Shown here: positions 56,020-61,990 of the stretch, piece after piece
Numbering within the stretch: position 1 is the first letter of the stretch
How the letters are laid out: each line of letters begins with the position of its first letter
DNA from: a virus
Taxonomy: Duplodnaviria; Caudoviricetes
IMG/VR virus record: IMGVR_UViG_3300005537_000027
Coordinates: 1-61,990 of that record
DNA: 61,990 nt
Strand: one strand, 5' to 3'
Translations under genes and position numbers: made by a program
The notes under the pieces: model-generated
Told to the model about the DNA's origin: nothing
Database searches by the model: none
What the model saw: the letters and a program-made list of their open reading frames with translations, nothing else

Positions 56020-56461
56020 CTTGGACAAGGCAATGCAGGCAGCATTGTCGGTTGCTCGGGAGTACTACGAGACCAACGAGTACCTCATGCCGATTTGCTT
56101 GTTCGAAACCGAGGACAAGGTCGTTCATGTCACCATCGACGTGGAGGACGCGGACCAGAAAGAACTCTCGCTCCGCATCATCCGGGAGTTGCTCGTCACG
56201 ACTTCGGCCGAGTACTACATCATCATGTCCGAGGCCTGGGGTGCTCCGCCCTCCGAAGACCCGCCGAGCGAAAACCCCTTGCGGCGGGAGATGCTCATCA
56301 TCAACGGGGTGGAGCGGAAGGGCGGCAAGCGTTGCATGGTCTTCCGTATCTTCCGGGACGAGATGGGAGCGGTGAAGGAACTCAAGGACGAGGGGATCAA
56401 AATCTTCTCCGGCAGGTTTTTCGAACTCTTTGAGCCCGAAGGCATGGCAGGTCGAGCATGA
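56012..56461 (+). CDS. hypothetical protein
   Basis: Overlapping series; SEAW...PS..P.RRE motif. Confidence 0.7.
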   Translation: MTDLDKAMQAALSVAREYYETNEYLMPICLFETEDKVVHVTIDVEDADQKELSLRIIRELLVTTSAEYYIIMSEAWGAPPSEDPPSENPLRREMLIINGVERKGGKRCMVFRIFRDEMGAVKELKDEGIKIFSGRFFELFEPEGMAGRA

Positions 56462-56655
56462 CGAAGGAGGAAATGCGCGAGTTGTACTCGCGATTGGGAG
56501 CCGCTGCCGAAGACACCACCGAGCGCGTGATGGGCAACGGCTTCACCGGACTTTCCAGGGATACTGTTTATGATCTCGGGCAGGTGGTAGGGACCATTCT
56601 TCGGGCTCGCGCCAACCTCGCCAAAGACATCGAGAAGGAGGAGCCAAAGCCATGA
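56458..56655 (+). CDS. hypothetical protein
   Basis: ATGA coupling. Confidence 0.6.
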   Translation: MTKEEMRELYSRLGAAAEDTTERVMGNGFTGLSRDTVYDLGQVVGTILRARANLAKDIEKEEPKP

Positions 56656-56984
56656 GCCGTCTGAGTTCCAACGCCGTCGCGCAGTTCCTGCGGCAGCTCA
56701 TCACCGAGACCAGATCCGCCACCGAGGACGAGTCGGTTGGGGTGGTGATTTACCTCGGCCGCAAGTACAACAGTGCTCCCGCGGAGTTCAAGATCACGAT
56801 CGTCGGAGGCAACTACGGCGAGGAGACCGATGTCAAGGGGGTGGACTTCGAGGAGATGCTCTCCGAGTACCGCCGCCGCAAGGGCTTCGACCAGCGCCAG
56901 AAGCACGCCCTCCTATCCGGCCCCGCTGTGGTTGAAGCCGAGTGTGAGGTCGTGCCCGAGGCGCCCGACGAGATGCAGTTCTGA
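56652..56984 (+). CDS. hypothetical protein
   Basis: ATGA coupling; RBS AGGAG. Confidence 0.65.
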   Translation: MSRLSSNAVAQFLRQLITETRSATEDESVGVVIYLGRKYNSAPAEFKITIVGGNYGEETDVKGVDFEEMLSEYRRRKGFDQRQKHALLSGPAVVEAECEVVPEAPDEMQF

Positions 56985-56996
56985 CGGAGGCCTGCT

Positions 56997-57224
56997 GTGC
57001 GACACACTATCACCGCCCGTTACGTCTGCGCTGACGAGACCGAACTCCCGGTCGAGATCACATTCCAGTACTACCCGGTCTCGAACTCGGTCCGCTTTAT
57101 CTGGGCTCACCCCCAGTCCCACACTCCTGTTAGCGCGGGCACCAGAGTCGAAATCGAGAAGTGGGCCATTCACTGGTTGGCGGAACACGCCAGCGAAGCC
57201 GTGCATTTGGCCGAGGAAACCTAG
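56997..57224 (+). CDS. hypothetical protein
   Basis: RBS GGAGG, GTG start. Confidence 0.55.
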   Translation: MRHTITARYVCADETELPVEITFQYYPVSNSVRFIWAHPQSHTPVSAGTRVEIEKWAIHWLAEHASEAVHLAEET

Positions 57225-57227
57225 TCC

Positions 57228-57575
57228 ATGCGCCAGTCGCAAATTGAGAAACTCCTCTCCGAGATCACCTTCCAGGATTGGAGGTTTGAACTCGTCAGTA
57301 GTCTCGACAAGCTCTACCTCCAGGTCGTGGCTCAAGGCGAGGACAGCCGCAATCCCGGCACTTTCTACCGCTGGAAAGGCCGTAAGTGGTTGCTCTCTCC
57401 GCACATGACTGAGAGCGAGATCGTCCAGACCGCTCTCAAAGCCGTCCTTACCTGCGTGGAACACGAGGCGCGGGAGCAGTTCCAGTGGAAGGGCCGAGCC
57501 ATTTACAGCCCCCACATCAGCATCCGTGCTCTCTTCCAGATCTGCGAAACCCTAGACACAAGGAAGGAGAAGTGA
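57228..57575 (+). CDS. hypothetical phage protein
   Basis: GRKWLLSPHMT.SE.VQTA.KA....EHEARE.F...G..IY.PH. Confidence 0.75.
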   Translation: MRQSQIEKLLSEITFQDWRFELVSSLDKLYLQVVAQGEDSRNPGTFYRWKGRKWLLSPHMTESEIVQTALKAVLTCVEHEAREQFQWKGRAIYSPHISIRALFQICETLDTRKEK

Positions 57576-57784
57576 CTGAGGAGCAGCAAGAGCAAATCAG
57601 ACCCTTTGCTATCGCAAAGGCCAGGGCAATATTCAACCTCAAGCGCCTTAGCGCAATGCCTGAAGCATCCGCGCTCAGTTACCAGATCGAAAACGGTTCG
57701 TTCCTTGCGGACGCTGTGATCGAGTACCGCACAGCCTGTGAGAACTACGACCGAGCACTTGCTCTTATCCTCAGCCCACAGTAA
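57572..57784 (+). CDS. hypothetical protein
   Basis: GTGA coupling; RBS AAGGAG. Confidence 0.55.
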   Translation: MTEEQQEQIRPFAIAKARAIFNLKRLSAMPEASALSYQIENGSFLADAVIEYRTACENYDRALALILSPQ

Positions 57785-57786
57785 CC

Positions 57787-58026
57787 ATGACCACCTCCCC
57801 CAGTCCAACGCTCCGTCCTCCTGTGGGAGGTGGAATTTACATCACCCGTAAGTGTGCTAGGTGCAAACTCACGGGCAAGTTCCATGTGCACCGTCTTGTG
57901 CAGTACTACGGGCGGCTTGCAGTGGGTGTCTGTCCCAAGTGCAACCACAAAGCCCGTTTACGCCTCACCTATGTTGAACGTGTAAAACTGCTAGTACAAG
58001 GGAGCTACACCGATGCACTACACTGA
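57787..58026 (+). CDS. small zinc-ribbon protein
   Basis: CARC...CPKC. Confidence 0.5.
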   Translation: MTTSPSPTLRPPVGGGIYITRKCARCKLTGKFHVHRLVQYYGRLAVGVCPKCNHKARLRLTYVERVKLLVQGSYTDALH

Positions 58027-58363
58027 CCCCAGTCGACCGCAAGTCGCCTACCGCGCCGCATACGTCGGCCCGGATGGCAAGGCCATCGCGCCCCTCCCGC
58101 AGCCGTGTGTCCGCCCGCTTGAGGACGGTCATTTCATGGTGTCCGCGTGGCTCATCATGACCCACGACTACCAGTGCCGCGAGTACTTCCACTGGTGCGA
58201 GGATGCGAAGGCGTTGGCCGCGCTCATGGTCGCGTTCGCCGAGGACCCGGAGGAGACCTTGCGGAAGGAGTTCGCCTATCAGGGACTTCAGGCCAAGCCC
58301 CCGATGGTGGCTCACGAGCCGGGACCGAAGAAAGAGTTCAAGCTCTCGGATATCGGGCTATGA
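58013..58363 (+). CDS. hypothetical protein ending in FKLSDIGL
   Basis: RBS GGGAG; ATGA coupling to the next gene. Confidence 0.7.
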   Translation: MHYTDPSRPQVAYRAAYVGPDGKAIAPLPQPCVRPLEDGHFMVSAWLIMTHDYQCREYFHWCEDAKALAALMVAFAEDPEETLRKEFAYQGLQAKPPMVAHEPGPKKEFKLSDIGL

Positions 58364-58776
58364 GCGCCCCCACCGTCAAGCGCACCTATCAGGCGTGGCT
58401 GGATATGAAAGCCGAGGACGTCCCCGTGTATCCTCGGTGGGAAATCTTCGCTAACTTCCACGCGGATATGGGAGACGCGCCGGAAGGCCATCGAGTGGTG
58501 ATGGTCGAGTCCGACAAGGGCTTTGTCCCCACCAATTGCATCTGGTCCCAGGGGGACCTCGGCCCCACGCTCATGCTCGTGGAGAACGGCGTGAGCATGA
58601 ATTTGGCCCAGGCCTGTCGGCTGCACGAGGTCTCGCCCTCCGCGGTCTGGTATCGGATGCGGACCAAGCGCTGCAGCTTTGGCGAAGCGGTGAGCTATTG
58701 CCAAGCCCAGCTCCGCGGCCGAGAGGACGCCATGGCTGCGCTGGACGCTGCCGCCTTAGACCTTTTCAAGCGCTAG
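58360..58776 (+). CDS. degenerate HNH-endonuclease-like protein with HTH
   Basis: TY.AW..MK...V..RW..F.NF.ADMG..PEG...G..P.NC.W scaffold, without the usual DRIDNN segment. Confidence 0.65.
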   Translation: MSAPTVKRTYQAWLDMKAEDVPVYPRWEIFANFHADMGDAPEGHRVVMVESDKGFVPTNCIWSQGDLGPTLMLVENGVSMNLAQACRLHEVSPSAVWYRMRTKRCSFGEAVSYCQAQLRGREDAMAALDAAALDLFKR

Positions 58777-58785
58777 GAGGAGAAA

Positions 58786-59073
58786 ATGTGGGAGCCCAAG
58801 GTTGGAGAGTTGTGCGTTTGTGTGTACCTCGGTAATTTCCACTACGGCGGTGTCGGCGCCAAGAAGTACCTCCGCGAGAAGGAGATCTACCGGGTGTCTG
58901 GGGTCAAGCCCGGCACCAGCTGCCTGACCGGGGAAACCAGGCTGTTCATCAGCGTGGAAGAGTCCCCCGGCAACTTCTTCGACTCTCAGCGCTTCCGCCC
59001 TGTCTCCCATGTTCGGACGGAGGAGTTCCGCAAGCTCGTTTCCCCCATCCCCAGCAAGAAGGAGACTGCCTGA
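58786..59073 (+). CDS. hypothetical protein
   Basis: RBS AGGAGG; KVG..CVCV...F...RFRP. Confidence 0.7.
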   Translation: MWEPKVGELCVCVYLGNFHYGGVGAKKYLREKEIYRVSGVKPGTSCLTGETRLFISVEESPGNFFDSQRFRPVSHVRTEEFRKLVSPIPSKKETA

Positions 59074-59162
59074 CCAGCCTCGTCACCCCTACTGGGGGTA
59101 ACAACGTTTGTGTGCTTCTATTCGTGATAGGTGTGACGGGGCCTATAAGCAAAAGTTTTCTG

Positions 59163-59191
59163 TTGCGTTTATGTGCCTACCGTCATACAAT
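59163..59191 (+). promoter_or_regulatory. sigma70-type promoter
   Basis: TTGCGT-17 nt-TACAAT in an AT-rich intergenic stretch. Confidence 0.7.
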
Positions 59192-59254
59192 CCAATTGTT
59201 AACAACCCGTGGGTCAGCCACGGTCATCCCACCCCAGCCACCCATGGAGTTTTC

Positions 59255-59851
59255 ATGTCCAAGTCCGAAACCAAGTCGACCAACGGCGACGCCAGCGCTC
59301 ACGTCGACACTCAGACCATCGTCGTTCAGGGCGTTGCTTTCACGGCTCCCGCGCCGTTCCATGAAGGCCATGTGATGAGCGCCGCCGAGGCGAACGTGCT
59401 CAACCAGACCTACGGCGAGAACCTCCGCAACAACTTCGCCAGTCAGGTGAAGGAGGCCCGCAAGGCCCTGGGGCTCGAGGACAAGGCGGAACTGACCGAC
59501 GGCGAGACCCTGGCCAAGCTCGCGACCGCTTTCGCCGAGTACGCCGCGAACTATACCTTCAGCGGCAAGCGTCAGGCCAAGGTCGTTGCCGACCCGGTCG
59601 AGCGCGAGGCCGTCCGCATCGCTCGGTCGATCATCGTCGAGCACCTCGCCGCGCACAAGATCACGGCCAAGCAGCTCCCCGAGGGCCGCATGGACTCCCT
59701 GGTCGCGGAACTCCTGGGCAAGCGCCCGGACATCAAGCACGAGGCTGCCCGTCGCATCAATGCGACCAAGGAAGCCGGCGCACTGGTCCTCGACGACCTG
59801 ATCGCCAAGGCCACTGCCGGCGCCGCCGAGACCCAGGCCGCAGCGGAGTAA
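59255..59851 (+). CDS. hypothetical protein, probably highly expressed
   Basis: RBS GGAG, strong codon bias; EANVLNQT..ENLRNNFA..VK, DPVEREA. Confidence 0.8.
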   Translation: MSKSETKSTNGDASAHVDTQTIVVQGVAFTAPAPFHEGHVMSAAEANVLNQTYGENLRNNFASQVKEARKALGLEDKAELTDGETLAKLATAFAEYAANYTFSGKRQAKVVADPVEREAVRIARSIIVEHLAAHKITAKQLPEGRMDSLVAELLGKRPDIKHEAARRINATKEAGALVLDDLIAKATAGAAETQAAAE

Positions 59852-60002
59852 CGAGGTTGGGGTGGGTGGTTGGGAAGCTCCCCACCCCAGCGCGGGCCTC
59901 GGCGCGCAAGCGCTGCGCGCATAGCTGAGCCGGTGTTGTGGCGATGGCGCTGGCTTGGGAGAAGGCAGGGATACTCAAGCGTCTCTGCGGCCCACCCTTT
60001 AA

Positions 60003-60066
60003 GCGAGTGGTGTAGTTGACGGTTACTTCTTTGTGAGAGCGTACCGTCGACGCCTTGTTCCCTCGC
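60003..60066 (+). ncRNA. short Y-RNA-like hairpin (no tRNA module)
   Basis: GCGAG/CTCGC closing stem; GTTGACGGT/ACCGTCGAC stem; shares GGTTACTTC and TGTTCC motifs with the three RNAs downstream. Confidence 0.65.
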
Positions 60067-60076
60067 ACCCTTTCAA

Positions 60077-60202
60077 GTGGATGGCGTAGTTAGCGGTTAC
60101 TTCTCAAGCGGTCGGTGGTTCGAGTCCACCCGAGATCCCCCGGTCTCGTAGCTCAGTTGGTAGAGCACCTGACCAAAAGCCCGCTCACGATTGTTCCTCT
60201 AC
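60077..60202 (+). ncRNA. YrlA-like RNA with permuted tRNA module
   Basis: T arm GGTGGTTCGAGTCCACC precedes hairpin CGAGATC/GGTCTCG and D arm GTAGCTCAGTTGGTAGAGCA; ends pair (GTGGA/TCTAC). Confidence 0.8.
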
Positions 60203-60218
60203 CTCATTAGGTGCCATC

Positions 60219-60557
60219 ATGGACGAACTCGCCAAACGCGTAGCAGAACTCGCAGACAAGTTCGGTCCCAAAGTCGCTGAGGCGATGATGGCTGCGGTCC
60301 GAGTCGAGGCGTGGAACTCCCTCCTGGAGAATGGACTCGGCGTGCTCTTTTGCCTCGTAGGTCTCTACGGGTGCTGGCGGTGGGGCACCCACCTGTTCCG
60401 TGGCCCTGACGAAGAGCTTTGCATCATCCCAGGCATCCTGGCCCTGTGCATCCTGGTGCCACTGTTTGCCTTTGGGTCTGAGCTAATCAGCCCCTGGCTC
60501 TGGACAGCGTTCTTTAATCCTGAGGTGTGGATTGCTGCCAGGGTCCTCAAGATCTGA
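60219..60557 (+). CDS. membrane protein
   Basis: Two hydrophobic segments; NPEVWIAA.VL C-terminus. Confidence 0.7.
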   Translation: MDELAKRVAELADKFGPKVAEAMMAAVRVEAWNSLLENGLGVLFCLVGLYGCWRWGTHLFRGPDEELCIIPGILALCILVPLFAFGSELISPWLWTAFFNPEVWIAARVLKI

Positions 60558-60563
60558 GATCAT

Positions 60564-60696
60564 CGGAGTGGTGATAGAAACGGTTACTTCTCTTGGGGAG
60601 ACGAGGTCGGTGGTTCGAGTCCACCCCTCCGGGACCATGCCCCGGAGGTAGCTTAGCGGTTAGAGCGCGTTGTGCCCGTTTCGCCTGTTCCCTCCG
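60564..60696 (+). ncRNA. YrlA-like RNA with permuted tRNA module
   Basis: CGGAG/CTCCG ends; T arm GGTGGTTCGAGTCCACC, hairpin CCTCCGGG/CCCGGAGG, D arm GTAGCTTAGCGGTTAGAGCG. Confidence 0.8.
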
Positions 60697-60714
60697 GGAT
60701 TTGCCCATTGTGGC

Positions 60715-60829
60715 GTAAGTGGTGATAGAGCCGGATACTTCGGATAGAGCACCCCGAGAGGGGAGGTCATGGGTTCAAGTCCCATCGCGAAGGCGTAGCT
60801 CAGTTCTTCCGGTTCGCCCGTTCCCTTAC
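60715..60829 (+). ncRNA. YrlA-like RNA, variant permutation
   Basis: GTAAG/CTTAC ends; GGATAGAGCA, T arm ATGGGTTCAAGTCCCAT, then GTAGCTCAG; directly upstream of the Ro60 gene. Confidence 0.7.
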
Positions 60830-60845
60830 TTTTGGAGTTTCCCAA

Positions 60846-61990
60846 ATGGCAACCATCAACCGTGAGCTTCCCACCACCCACGAAGGCGCGCAAGCGGTGG
60901 AGATCTCGCCCTACGCGGCTCTGCGCCGTACGGTGCTTTCGTGCATGCTGTGGGAGCGTGGGTTCTACGAGTCTGGCCAGGAAGTGGCCGAGCGGATCGA
61001 GACCCTCGCCGCCCAGTGCAGCAACGTCGCGATTGCGGAGCTGGCCTATGAGGCCCGGCATGAGATGCACCTCCGCCACGTCCCCCTGTTGCTGCTGTGC
61101 TGCCTCTGCAAGCAGGCCCGAGGCAAGTCCCTCGTCAGCGACACGATCGAGGTGGTAGTCACCCGCGCGGACGAGATCACGGAGTTGCTGGCGCTTTACT
61201 GGCGGAAGGGCAAGTGCCCCCTTTCCGCGCAGCTCAAGAAGGGTCTCGCCCGAGCCCTGGCGAAGTTCGACGCCCATCAGTTGGCCAAGTACAACCGCCA
61301 GACCCCGGTCAGGCTCCGCGATGTGCTCTTCCTGACCCATGCCAAGCCCTCGGCCGACCGGCAGGAACTCTACTCGGATCTGGCCAACAAGACCCTGGCC
61401 TCCCCTGACACCTGGGAGGTAGCGCTGAGCGCCGGGGCGGACAAGTGCGAGACCTTCACCCGCCTGCTTCGCGAGGGGAAGCTCGGGTATCTGGCTCTGC
61501 TTCGCAACCTCCGCAACATGGACGAGGCCGGGGTGGACCACACCCTTGTTTGCCACAGCATCCTCCAGAACACCAACGGCCGCAAGCATGTCCTCCCCTT
61601 CCGCTTCATCGCGGCGGTACGGGCTGCCCCCAAGTTTGCCTTGGCCCTCAACACAGCCCTTCTTTCCGCGATCGCAGACCTCCCGGTCCTCGAAGGCCGT
61701 ACCGTCGTGCTCGTGGATGTGAGCGGCTCGATGGACGGCAAGCTCAGCGCCCGTTCCGACCTGACCCGGCTGGACGCCGGTGCCGCCCTGGCCGCACTCA
61801 TCAACTCCCAGAGTCTCCAGGTCTTCACCTTCAGCAACGCCCTGGTGGAAGTCCCCGCATGGAGGGGAATGCCGGGAGTGGAGGCAGTGGCTCGTTCCCA
61901 GCCCCACCAAGGCACTCTCCTGGGCCAAGCCCTCCGTGAGCTGGGTAAGGTGGCTCAGTGGGACCGCCTGATCGTCATCACTGACGAGCA
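60846..61990 (+). CDS. TROVE domain / Ro60-like RNA-binding protein (truncated by the window end)
   Basis: Translated by hand: THEGA...LRRTVLSCMLWE..FYESG, LRHVP, RADE, QLAKY, PDTWEVALS, ALLRNLRNM, LPFRF, VWA MIDAS DVSGSM, LIVITDE; open to the end. Confidence 0.93.
   Translation, partial: MATINRELPTTHEGAQAVEISPYAALRRTVLSCMLWERGFYESGQEVAERIETLAAQCSNVAIAELAYEARHEMHLRHVPLLLLCCLCKQARGKSLVSDTIEVVVTRADEITELLALYWRKGKCPLSAQLKKGLARALAKFDAHQLAKYNRQTPVRLRDVLFLTHAKPSADRQELYSDLANKTLASPDTWEVALSAGADKCETFTRLLREGKLGYLALLRNLRNMDEAGVDHTLVCHSILQNTNGRKHVLPFRFIAAVRAAPKFALALNTALLSAIADLPVLEGRTVVLVDVSGSMDGKLSARSDLTRLDAGAALAALINSQSLQVFTFSNALVEVPAWRGMPGVEAVARSQPHQGTLLGQALRELGKVAQWDRLIVITDE

Noticed and set aside
60077-60829. 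Canonical tRNA genes
   Set aside because: T arm precedes D arm and the acceptor-like stem is closed by a loop; no normal cloverleaf with a free 3' end.

Overview
The window looks like an almost complete ~62 kb genome of a GC-rich, P22-like tailed phage (podovirus-type). One TROVE/Ro60 gene runs off the right end and its C-terminus reappears at position 1, so the sequence is probably circular or circularly permuted. Layout: a + strand recombination/replication block (1-11.1 kb: Cas4-like nuclease, AAA_24 ATPase, SSB-like protein, ParB-methylase fusion, a family A DNA polymerase split over two genes, MazG, DUF3987 NTPase); a - strand packaging/virion/lysis block (11.1-38.3 kb); a ~1.2 kb non-coding divergence region with a long inverted repeat; and a + strand early/accessory block (39.5-62 kb). 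I saw no integrase or RNA polymerase. Main signals: (1) a TIGR-Tas-type RNA-guided locus, with a nuclease-less Nop/IS110-C-terminal-like protein followed by about 46 units of a 36-nt dual-repeat, dual-spacer array (51.6-53.3 kb); (2) Ro60 with four Y-RNA-like ncRNAs, three carrying permuted tRNA arms; (3) a type II hammerhead ribozyme at 49.2 kb; (4) a tail hub gene whose N-terminal segment is missing and instead heads two upstream fibre-like genes; (5) four unrelated proteins sharing a C-terminal L[SA]DIGL motif. All family calls come from motifs recognised by eye, not from database searches.
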